64,000 nt of DNA from NCBI GenBank assembly GCA_034780895.1, contig JAUZTB010000118.1, positions 77,646,557-77,710,556 on the forward strand, read 5' to 3'. Of the stretch, positions 24,481 to 36,700 are shown piece by piece. The notes beneath the pieces were generated by a model, which saw only the letters and a list, made by a program, of their open reading frames with translations, did not search any database and was not told the origin of the DNA. Both the position numbers and the translations under genes were made by a program. The DNA comes from Rhynchobatus australiae. Its lineage: Eukaryota. The stretch's first letter is position 1; the number at the start of each line of letters is the position of its first letter.

Positions 24481-27400
24481 CTTTCCTGTTGTTTTCTCTC
24501 TTTTGGAAAAAAAATGAGGGAATTGCTGTTTTGTTCATTAAAAGGAATATGTTTACAAGTATAGCTTAAGACTTTTTTCTAGAGGAGTATACTGATCACT
24601 GAATGCTGGTGTCAATTGGCTCTTTATTTTTATGTATTTGCAAATATTGAGCTAGTAGTAGAATTGCCAATTGTACCGAAGGATAAATAGGTTTATTTTG
24701 GCACCTCTGTTACAACATGAGCTAACATGATTTAAAGTTTACATGTTTGAAATAAATAGGTCACATCTAATTTTGATTGATCTCAGATATTTTACTTCGT
24801 AAGACCCAAAGCCTCAATCATGCTACAACCGCAGATTTGCATTTGATGTGAATTGCAACAAACAGATGAGTGTGAAAGTTGTAGAGGGATTCATGCTGAT
24901 CATGGTTAGAAATATAAACTGTACCATCTGAGTTAGGAAATTTTCAAGCAGGCATCAACCAATGGCACCCACCTTGATTTTGTTTCAACAGAGATAGCTT
25001 AATATTTCTCAAAAATAATTCAGCACAATTGCAGTTATTCAGCTGTGAAAGCTATTGCAGTCTAAATTCCCCAGTGCGTTTTCTGGGTAGCTGCACAGCA
25101 TGGCGGAATCTCAGGCTCAGTCTCCAGTTTGCAGCTAATTTGCTGAGCTTGTGTCAGAATCATTGAAATCTAGTGGGGTAGGGCCTATTTGGTGGAGGTG
25201 AGTCAAAATAAGCTTTGGGGTTCCGGTCTCCATCCACCTCCAAAATGGACACAGGGACAGGTACTCAGCTCACCACAGTAAGACCGTGGAAAAGAATTGT
25301 GTGGAAGTATTCTGCTTGGCTCATCCAGAAATGCGGCAGGAATCTGCGAGGGATGTTGGTGCTGGGCGCGGGAGAGGGAAATGTTACGCAATTTGCCGTG
25401 TGAACATGAGGTTGACGTTTGCTGATTTCATTCCGATTGTTAAAGAAGCGGTGGATTTCAGTGAAAAAAATGGCTTGTTTTTAATGGCCGGTTGACCTGA
25501 GCTGTAAACTGAAAAGCCATTGCGGAACCTTTATTGGTCTGTGCGCATAAATGGCTGTAAGATTGCAAAGGTGCCGAAAGTGTTGCAGTTACCGTTCGTT
25601 TACTCCATTGTGGGGGAAAAAAAGGGTTCGTAGGTGGAGGACTGCATGTTTTTGATGTTAATTTATTACAGGAGAACAAAATCCTTCCCCCTATCTTAAT
25701 CTCAATGCCCTATGACAGTGAGAAAGATAATTTAAAAATCTCAACCTCCCCGTAGTGCAAATTAGAAGGTGCCAAGACCATCTTATATACAGCACCCTGA
25801 ATGTCATAATTTGGTCCAGAACTTTAATCTTTAAATCGGCACCTCGTGCGATGTGTTAAACGTCAGTGCCACTATTTACATTGAAAACAGTCATAACTGC
25901 TATAGAATTGTAAAATATAATAGAATTACATGTTTTAGTGCAGAAATACTTTATTAATGGGGCTTCAAATTCAGGTGTATAAATGCATATTTTCTTGTCT
26001 TGCACTGAAATTTGCAGGTTCATTCACAAAATGGAGAGATATTGCAGAGATCTGTGACCCTTGACTTTTCTATGACTGCACTCTTATTGCAGGTTCTCAG
26101 CAGCCAGTAGCTTTATGCCACAATATAAATCATTCTAGATATTGAGGTTAGGCACCCATTTTCCCACCTCTTTCTTGTCTTGCGCAGGGTATTTCTCAGG
26201 ACTGTGCTACATCTCCAGCAGCTCGAGGTGCACACAAATGATGTATCTTGCCCACTTTTAATCCTTGCATCATTTTAGTCTAACTTCCCCAAGTTTAAAA
26301 AATCTCATGTCTCACGGGAGAAAATTATCAGCAGAGTTTCTGTTTAAGTAGCTGTGGAAGTTATTGATGTAGTGCGTATTATTACAATTCAAAGTAGAAA
26401 ATATTATGGAGGAAGAATTTGTCATCTGTAGTATATACGAAATACATTATGAAATAATAGATGCATGTTGAACTTTGACTTCAGTAGAATCAGATTTCAG
26501 AAGCTGAGTTCAATAAACGTATATATTGCACACAACAGTGGGTGAATTTCTATTGCAATGAATTGCAACCTCTTATTCAGAGATTTTTTTTCTCTCTCTT
26601 TTAGTATGTATGGCAAATTAAATTGATTGCACAAAGAACTCGATTTGACCAACTCCAATTCATTTGGTTGCAAATTTACAATCCCAAGTAGAGCAATGAA
26701 GGATTTAGAAAGGCACCTTATCATTGTCCTGAGCACAAAACCCTTCCGTTAAGATCTTTCAGCTAACTTCTTCACTTAAATATCCAGGGGGCAAACTGGC
26801 CATTCTTATTAATCGGCTTAAAACTAATGAGATGAATGGATCTTAAGCAGGACCTCAAACTGTCCCAAGGCCTCCACATCAGCAGTTTTGAAGAGATTGT
26901 GAGGGAAGGAGGCCAGTTTATGTGTATGTAGAGGGGGGTGGGAAAAGTGGATCAGACTTCAGAGAAAAGCTAGCTCTTGTTTTTCTAAGATGTCAACACA
27001 TTCTCAGGTTTACCTCGGGTATTAGGCTGCCCCCTCCCTGTTCAATCATGTGCTGACGAGGCTTGAGAAACAATGAAAGAAGGAATTAGTTTGCTTTTTT
27101 TTGGGTGGAAAATGCCATGGGAAAGGCAGGAAAGACTGAGCTGGTTACCGGGGACTTAGCCATTGACTTGCTGTCAGTAAAGTCTATTTGAATAACCTAC
27201 CCCTTTAGCCTTCATTTTTCCCCTTTGTCCACTCCAGTTCATAAATGGTAGCAGCTGGAGATTTTATTCATGTAAGCGGCTGCTTAATATCCATGAAGAT
27301 CTCTAACTGGGTCAGAAGTGCAATAGGATTTTATTTTTTTGTGGGGTTTTTCTTTGCCCCACATCTAGTAAAGGCCAAAGCTCCAAATGTTCCTTTTCAA

Positions 27401-27834
27401 TCCAAAACTACTCACCTTTTGTGTGCTCTGTGCTTTGTCTTTATCACGTTCTTTTATTAACAGACAGACGATACAAACCACATTTTCTTCACAGAAGCTT
27501 GAAAAGTCCTTGAGCCCTCAGAGGATTAATAAGCTGGAGTGCTTGAAGTACTTGTTCTGGTGCTGTGTGAGTAGCTGGACTTAGTGCTGTAGAGGTGATG
27601 GCAGCTGGAAGTCAGAACCATTTCAACCTACCATATGCTTATGGGATGAACTAGTCACAGTCTTCAGCAGTTAAAGAAAGCAATTCACCCTGTGGAGATA
27701 GGGCATTTAAAGATTATTGCTTGGCAGTATGTAGAGGTAGGATTTATAAGATTTATAAGGCACACTTCTATACTGTTTAGTTATAGTGGGCATATATTGT
27801 ATTTTCCCAATATGTTGACGCATCCCATTTTAGA

Positions 27835-28200
27835 TCTTAACATTATATTGTGTAGGTGTGGGCCTGATAAATTGCAACATCAAATTGTGAAAATACACAG
27901 GTGATACATTAGAAGAACACGTTGTGTAGGTGTATCTGAGATGGATCATAACATTGTGTAGGTATGGTTACAATGAACCATTGCGGCATACTGTGTAGAT
28001 TATAGCATAACACTGTGTAGCTGCACTAGTGACTGATTGTAATTTGACAATGCACAGATGCATCAGTGATTGACTGTAAATTTACACTCTGACTGTAACA
28101 TCAGTGAAGGATCATAATATCACCCTGTGTAGATACACCAGTGATAGAACAGAACACCCCACAGTGTAAGTGATGGATCTTTTGGCATAATACGTAGACG
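27835..28200. repeat. Degenerate minisatellite with a unit of about 37 bp
   Basis: TGTGTAG recurs at 27849, 27923, 27955, 27992, 28014 and 28126, with cataac and cagtgat motifs between copies. Confidence 0.65.
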
Positions 28201-28206
28201 GCATAA

Positions 28207-28650
28207 GAAAGGAAGAACTTGCATTTCAATCACACCTTTCCCAACCTTGGAATGTCCCAAAGTATATCAGTAAATACTTATTAATTATAATGCGATGATG
28301 AATTTTGTAGGGAAATACCAACTTGTGTCAGGAAGGCTTTACAAATAGCAGTGAGATAAATGACCAGCTTATCTGGTTTTTGATGGGGAGGATTAAAAAT
28401 TGAACAGAGCACCAGGAGAGCTCCCACTACCACACTTAAAAAAAATGCTACACATCCCTTTACATTGACCTACAAGGGCAGGAGTGACCTTGATTAACTT
28501 AAGGTCACATCTGAAGATTAGAATTTCCAACAATGCAGCATTCATCAGAACTGCAATGAATGGTCAACCTGGATATTGTGCTCAAGCCTCTGGAGTGGAT
28601 CACGCAACCTTCTGTCGCAAAATAAGGAGGGCCACTGCTGAGTTGGGCTG
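28207..28650 (-). mobile_element. DeuSINE (SacSINE1-like)
   Basis: Antisense of the element at 30353-30744: aagaacttgcattt…cacctttc…atgtcccaaag; gagataaatgaccag; caccaggagagctccc; ctcaagcctctggagtgg. Confidence 0.8.
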
Positions 28651-30352
28651 ATGATAGTGATGGTTTGTATTGTCAGAGTGTATGGGTATTGCAGTAATCA
28701 TTTGTATTATTGTATTGAAATAGCATTTTGGTTATTACCCGCAATCACATCAATGTAAAACAGTTTCAGAATTGCACTGATGCAAAGATGGCCACTTAAT
28801 TCGGATTTACAGTTTGAGCTCAAGCTCACTTAAGTCAGTGTATCTCAGAACAGTTCTTCATTAGGAAGCGTTAACACCAACCAACTGCACTCGAGTTTAA
28901 AAATGGCTGATGAGTTCACTGTGTGCCCTGGGTCCAGAGAAAATTTATGTTTGAATTAAATTAATTTTGAAGAAGAGTTCTTGCTCATGTTTACAGTGTT
29001 TATTGTTGAGGTTGTTACAAAATGCAACTAATAGTGTAATCCACGCCCCTTTATACTGCAAAGATTGTTCTTATACTGCACCTCAGTTGATTTAAATAAT
29101 GCAAATGATAACAATGATAACATAGTGTTTCTCAGAAACTTAAGGTTACCAGTAAAAAGGTTGCCAGCTGTTTGTAAAATTGAAAGAATTGGTTATGAAT
29201 TATTTTAAAGCACTTCAGGATGAGCTGTGTAGTTCACTGTTCTGTCTAGAATGAACAATTTACTTGATTTTGTTAAATCTCAAAGTCGATTCCTAATCTG
29301 TTAGCAACTTTAGTTCATATTTCTTTTAACAGCAATTTGAACTCCTCTAGTACTGTGGCATGTCTGTAACATGCAAACAGCAGCAGTGCGGACACCATGG
29401 ACTGCTTTTGGAAAAGAAATATTCAGTGGAAATCCACCTAATGGAAAGTCTGATTTGAGGATTTATCTTCAATTTCACCTGATTAACAACTGAAATAAAT
29501 TCCCTAGAAGGCATACCATGAAAAAATCTGATTTTTCTCCTGATAACTCCATATTGGCAGTAAATGTCAACCATGCAGAATATACATTTTCATTCATTTT
29601 GCTTTGAGGATGTTCAACATGGCTTTCAGAATATGTATATAGATTACTGATCAGTAATCATTTTTGGCAAAGACTGATCTAAAAATTGAAAAAAATCAGC
29701 ACCAGAACTGAGCCCAAAAAAAGAAAATGGAAAACGGAAGTCAAGTAACAAATTTGCAGAACCTTTTGCTCATTGCTACATTTAAAGTTGTGCTTATACA
29801 TATAAGAAAATCTTGTCCTAACCAAGCCAATCAAAATGAACATATTGATATTAATTTAGATGCAAGTAGTTATTTGCTGTTAATTTAAAGAACATTTATT
29901 TAAAACAACATTTGTTAGAAATATATAATAATAATTAGTATCTAGGAAAGTAGTAGTTGGACACATTTGTGCAGTGATTTACAGATTTATATAATGATTA
30001 TTTTTCCTGATTGAATAAGTCATTGGACTATGGAAGTAATGTTCTGTGGACATGATTATGCAATGGCCATATATGAATAATAAACCATACACCTGTCTTG
30101 CTGACTGCCCCAGTCTTCAATGAACAGAGCATTTGTTTAATTGCCAACAAAGCCTCCATCCAAAACAGTCTGGAGCTGGATTTCCTTTTTGTATATTTGT
30201 AAATGTTAGGTGGAAATTTATAGAATGCAGATTCTAGGTTATCCTTCACTGACCTGTTTATAAAGTTTGCGGTCATTTCAATTTAGGTAAAAGGCCTAAG
30301 AGAATATTATTTATTTCTGGCTTCTTCAAAGCCTAAAGCAGTAAATATTTCA

Positions 30353-30744
30353 ATGTCAGCTGTGACTCAGTTGGTAGCACTGATGCCTCTGAGTCTATTT
30401 TCAAGTCAGTTCCAAAAACCTGTATATAAAGTCTAATTTCATTGCAGTAATGAGGTTCTGTATTTAGGGTGAGGCAATAAATTGAGGGCCTGATTACTTT
30501 TTCAGTGGGATGTTAAAGATCTCAGGTCTCGCCTTTATGGAAGAAAAGGGGAGTTTTCCCTGATATCTTTGCCAGTGATTATTCCTTATTCAGCATTGCT
30601 CAATTGATTATCAGGTTTCATCATGTTGGTGTTTGTGGAAGCCAGCAACCTTACAGCAGTGACTACACTTCAGAAGTACTTCATTAGCTCTAAAAATATC
30701 TGAGAATGTGAAAGGTGCTATATCAAAAATACAAGTATTTCTTA
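30353..30744 (+). mobile_element. DeuSINE (SacSINE1-like), near full length
   Basis: tRNA-like head gtcagctgtgactcagttggtagcact, Deu core gatgttaaagatctc…gaagaaaaggggagttttccctg, and tail cagtgactacacttcagaagtacttcatt…gtgaaaggtgctatat…caagtatttctt. Confidence 0.8.
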
Positions 30745-33700
30745 TACACTTCCTCAACCCTGCAGCAGCCTCCTTGTATAGGATTCTAGAGAGGAAGCAG
30801 CACATTTTACAGCAAATTTGGTTTTAGATTTTCCATCTTTGTGTGTCATTTTCTAAAATTTACCTAGACTTCTGGTTTGAGTTGTGTCAGGTTATTGGTC
30901 TGTGAAGAGAGAGATAACACATTTCCTTGTATTGAATTTTGCCTGCTCTGTATTTTGTGGGCAATATAAAAACATGAAGGGTCCTTGTGACCGAGTGGTA
31001 AATGAGACATTCAAATTTCATATGCACAGGATAGGAATTTTTGAGGAAATTGTACTTCCTTTATTTCACAATAATATTTGGATAGTTTATTTTATATAAA
31101 AGTGCAATATCAATCATGGATCTTCCTTTTAAAAATGTGAATATCATTCTTGGTAGACATTTTAAAATATTGCAACTTTTCCCATTGTTTAGATGGTGAG
31201 AATAATTTTTATTTTTGATGTTTGCATGGAAGAGAATTGCACTTTGTGTCTCCATGATGTTGTTTTATGTATTTCAGACATGGTCTGAATTGGGCAAAGC
31301 TCCCACCACTGTATAATCCATATTTTCACAGTTAGACCATTTTACACAAAGTAGATAAATTCTGATTGAGGTAATCAAAAATAATTTTAGTAAGTGCAGA
31401 TAAAAATTGTCATTCTCTCTCAGGGCATAACAATTTGAGTAAAAATAATGATGAAAAATGTCAACATTTGTAATGTTTTAGATATAGAATCCTGGTTCTG
31501 TTGATCCTATAACCATTAAATCTGTAATTTCCTGTTACAAATGCTAATAAATCTGCAGTGTTTTATCTACGATGAATTAAAATAATAATGGAAGATGTGA
31601 GGATCTGTAAAAAGATGAGAGGTTGGCATTTTGTGCATAAACCCTTTAACAGATTCCCAGTTCTATTGATAGCTGTCTACAATAAACACTGAATCTATAA
31701 TGTCTTTACAAATGTTAATAAATTGGCAGTATATTTCCAGAATTATCGAATCTTTTTAATTCTACAGCATGCATGATAAAATAGATGAGAGGAGTTCTTG
31801 TAATGTTCTTAACTCCTTCGAAAAATACCGTGGTATTTAAGATCCAACATAGAATTCTAATTCTGTGAGATGGTTTATACATTTCCTTAATATTTAACTA
31901 TAGGGCATGTAACTGGCTATCTGTTAAAAATACCTCAGAACTGTAATTTTTTGTGGATTTGTTTTTATTGAAGTTTTAGTGTTTTACCGGNNNNNNNNNN
32001 NNNNNNNNNNNNNNNNNNNNNNNNNNNNNNNNNNNNNNNNNNNNNNNNNNNNNNNNNNNNNNNNNNNNNNNNNNNNNNNNNNNNNNNNNNNNNNNNNNNN
32101 NNNNNNNNNNNNNNNNNNNNNNNNNNNNNNNNNNNNNNNNNNNNNNNNNNNNNNNNNNNNNNNNNNNNNNNNNNNNNNNNNNNNNNNNNNNNNNNNNNNN
32201 NNNNNNNNNNNNNNNNNNNNNNNNNNNNNNNNNNNNNNNNNNNNNNNNNNNNNNNNNNNNNNNNNNNNNNNNNNNNNNNNNNNNNNNNNNCGGAATGACC
32301 TCTGCCCAGGATAAAAAAAACCTGAGAACTGATCAGTAACACGCAAGCTTCCCATTAGCTTCAGTGACGTGACTGCAGCTGCGTTTTAGAAGTCTGGGGA
32401 GACTTGAGGACCTTGTGCAGTGGGCACAGGATTTACTTTTTCTTAACAAAGAAAGGTGTTGAAATAGTTTTGACAAATTGCTATAGATGTCCAAAGAAAG
32501 CCACCTTTATATTCGACCTCTATTCAAAAAGAAACCATTTTGGACAAGTTTTTATTTGTAGTCTTGCCTCTAATCTATGAATAGGAAGAGATGGGAAAAG
32601 TATATACTGAAATTCAGCAGTGACAAGAGACTACTGGCTGAATAATGCAGTAACTTTGTGCTGGCTTTAAAGTAAACGGGGAGCTGTCAGTACATTAGGA
32701 GGAGGAACCTGCCCTGTCGGTACATTACTTGCACTGGGCTAGTATCACTGGTAAAAGGAGCATGGCACGCAGGTGTCTAAATTATTTACAGTCATAATCG
32801 TCCTTTATGTTACATCTCAAAGCCATGGCTCTGTTATTCTTTTGCATAATTGATGGTGTTCAGAACTGGAAGAGTTAGAATAGCAGAAGTAATGTGATGC
32901 AAATGTGCAGTGAGGCAGAAAGTCAGTCAGCTGGCATTGCGCTGCAGTGATGTGGTGGTACAGTAATCACTAGTTTGCGTGTATAAGCCATGTACATGCA
33001 CAGCTAGAAGTAGAGAAAGGAGCCATCCAAATATAACAGGACCTGACACATAACAACGACTGGATGGCAGTCAGATCAGAAGGTATTGGTTCATAGTTAC
33101 AAACCATCTGTAGTGGGGGAGGCGATGGTTCCAGAAGTGGCTGTCCCAGTGCTGTTGGGCACAAATTGCTGCAACTCATTTCTCATTTCTTAGTATAGCC
33201 CATTGCCATTTTGTGTTTGGTAGAAAAAAAAATTTGGAAAATCAAAGTTTTATTGATTGCAAACAAATCTGTATCTAAACGCTGCCATATTTTGTTCAAA
33301 AGCAATACAAAATACTGTATCATCTGACAATGAAACTTTTAAATTTGAGACAGCATAACCATTTTTGTTTTTTTTGTCCTGTGTTTTGTGTGTGTGTGAT
33401 CTAAAACTGTAGTAAGATTCTGTTTAAAAAAAAGACTGAACAGATGATCAAAAGTCAATATACTTTTTTATAAAGGATCAACAACTATAAATTTATAAAG
33501 GATCAAAGCTATAAATAAAATGATTCTAGATTAACTATGAGTGTTTTTCAGTCGATAGCACATGTGAAACTCTGCTTATCAGGAATTCATTGTGTTCCAA
33601 ATCTGTGTTAGATTAGAAGGTTAAAAACCTGTACAGAAACCCATAGATTATTATTAACTGTTACAAATTACGGAATGTTAAGAAGGGTCAGAGACCACGA

Positions 33701-36700
33701 AGGGAAGGGAAGAGAAAACATACATTTTATGTAGGTCCATAATTCCTTACCGCATTGCTGAAAGTGTCACCTTTTTTCCAGCGGTCTTTGAAAATCACAT
33801 AAACAGAAATGTTTTCTCCTTGGTGTATTCCACTTTACAGAGCTAAGCATGTAAAAAAAGTAATGAGATTGTCATATACATATTTCAGTAATGTATGCAG
33901 GACAATAATAGTTGTGGGATTAGGATGGAAAGACTCAAATTAAGGCCTTGTTTTTGAATATTTCCTACTGGTATCATGTAGGATTTTGAAGTTGGTTCCA
34001 ACAAATACATAAGAAAAGTATTAAAAGTTTGCCTCTTTTTTTCAACCAATAGTTCCATGTAAGGCAGGAGCTTATTTAATCACTGTTCATGAATAAGACC
34101 ATTCTACATATTGCAGAATTATTGAACCGAAAGAAAAATNNNNNNNNNNNNNNGAGACAAACTTGTGAGTTTATTCTTTTTTATTACACACTGAATTTAT
34201 TTATTTATGAGTTGCAGCATAAGAAATAATATGGTTTTGATTGGTCATTCAGAAAAATGCCTATGCAATGGGTGTTAATTGGAGTGCATCCTAAGGTGAT
34301 TTTAGCACAACATTTTTTTCCTTGCAAACGTCGCTATTGATATGCGGTTTCATAATGTGAAAGCAATTGCTATTGTGCACTTTCCAAAAAGAGCATCGTA
34401 TAAACTGCCAGATACGTTTTGATTTTGCATTTCTAGACTAGGAAGGAATCGCACAGCTATAGATCAGAACATCTGCAGTTTTCTGCACCCTTAGCCACTG
34501 CACACCAACAATCCTCGTCAAAATAAATTGTAGTCTTGAGCTTCGACTGCTGGAGAGTGACAGGAAAGGACAGGTGATAGCTGAACCGTTAGTAAAGCAA
34601 CATCCTTATCTCCGCAAGAAATGCCTCAGTGTGTATGTATTCTTAGTCTTAAACATCAGGTGTGTTTTCTTTTACCTCCTTATACCATTTCCTTTATAAC
34701 TACGGTTTGATATTGTCTGATGGAACAATCGCATAAGGCAAGCCGTCAAGGAAAATGCCTTTTTATTTGCTCATCTTGTGGTTAGTTTGCAGCACCATCT
34801 TATTCACTTCAGCTGAATGGAGCCAATGGAATGAAAATTACTGGCAGAACTTCCAAAAGGTTCATGAGGAAAATAAAGAAAAATCTAAAAACCTATATAT
34901 TCGGATGAGATTTTATTCTCTTTCACTTTTTTCATCTTTGGACAACACAGTAGTTAATACTTCATTAACATTAACGAAGTATGAATTTTTTTCAGCAGTA
35001 GGAAATGTTCCAGGATCTTGCTTCCATTATTTTTCCTGAGATAACTATAAATTCATTTATCATGGATGTTAAAGCCTCCCATTAAATTAGAGAAGATATT
35101 ATTTGTAAAATCATCATTTTGGATTTGAGCAAATAACAATGAGGAGTAAAACAAGCTAAATATCTAATTTCAGACAATCTTCCGCTATCTAATGAAGCAG
35201 CGCAGAAATATTAGTCCAGTTCTTTGAGGATTAGAGAATGAAGTGTCCTAATAGACCATAAAACAGTTTCCTTCTGTTTTAAAATTACAATCGGCTGAAA
35301 ATCCACCACAGCCTAGCAACCACCGCAGACAAGCAGATAATTAAGTTTCAGGGAGGAGGATCTGAGTTGCTGCCATTAATGTGTCACTTTCTGTGCATTC
35401 ATTTCCCTATTGCACTTCAAAAAACAGGACTGTGTATGTTTGGGGAGCTGGTAGGGGGTTAATGAAAGCACTGATTAATGAATCATTATCTGCACACAGA
35501 GAAAGACTTGAAATATGTTTTATAATCAAGTTTCTTTGCAATGGGAAATCAAAACCATTCATCTATCAGGGCAGATTAAGCCATTTTAAAATTTGTTTCA
35601 GACAGCGCGATCGATGCTCAAGTTGCCATTTCAACCCATTGGAGCGTTAACATTTCTCGTGCTATAAATTCTTGCTGCATGCACGCAAGTGGCGGAATGG
35701 GAAACATACTCAGACCTGACAGGCTTCAACTCTCAAATTTCAATTAAATCAAGTTTCATTTGACAATATCCCTAACTACAGCATCAAAGAGCATATTATT
35801 AAATATACACTCTTCTTTTCGCAAAGGAAAGAAGGCAATTTATAATTATCTCATAAGCTAGTGCTAGACTGCACCATGAAAGATGAACCATTGAAGACTG
35901 CCTGATATCAAAGTTAAATTTACAATTTTTTAGTTACATTTAAAAGTATTTTTCATGTTGTATATTATGCATATAAGTGATAAAGTACTCCATGTTTTAC
36001 TTCCTAATTTTACTTCATTATCTTGGTTTTAAAACATAGTAAATTTAATATACGAACAAACATGAATGTATTTAAAAACATACACCAGGCATTGATTTTA
36101 AAATTAATATAAATATTGTGAAATGGTAAGACTTTAATCCACAAAACACTTTCCTATCATTTCAATGGGAATTTATTCACAGGAAATTGTTACATTCAGC
36201 CGCATTATTGGAAACCCTGACATGTCTGCCAAATAATATAGTTCTATATCAATATGTGCAATATATCTCTACCATACAGCAATCCACAGAATAATAAGAT
36301 ATGAGGGGAATTATACTCACAGTTTGTACATGATTGTTGAATGGTTATCTGATTTGTAACATTTAAATAACTGTTTCGAATTCAGAAACTGATTTTCGGA
36401 CTGATTAATAACAGAATGAGATTTTTAAAGTACAAGTAACTATATTACCCTCTTTTCATCAAACTATAAACTATTTTCATCAACTATATTACCCTCTTCT
36501 CAAAATCCTGGAACATTTCCCTCTGCTGAAAAAATTCATACTTAGTTAATGTTAATGAAGTATTAACTACTATGTTGTCCAAAGATGAAATAAGTAACAT
36601 AATTATTTCAGTAGATTAATTAAATATTATTGATTCAGTTAAAATTCTTTTTTTGCATTTAAGCTTTTATTATTTTATCGAAGTGATGACATCAGAGTAG

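Noticed and set aside
27050-27071. CTGACGA…GAAAC hammerhead-like core
   Set aside because: Stem II cannot close (no pairing base before GAAA), and I found no stems I and III.
33467-33515. Approximately 25-bp tandem duplication, and a 15-bp match (ggatcaaagctataa) to 42574-42588
   Set aside because: Ordinary slippage duplication. A 15-mer match is expected by chance in 64 kb of AT-rich DNA.
34755-35039. 94-aa ORF with a signal-peptide-like start (MPFYLLILWLVCSTILFTSA)
   Set aside because: No family similarity, no ephrin motif and no promoter context. Probably a chance ORF in the intron, though RNA-seq would settle it.
36438-36498. Repeated aactatattaccctctt
   Set aside because: Short local duplication in AT-rich DNA with no further structure.
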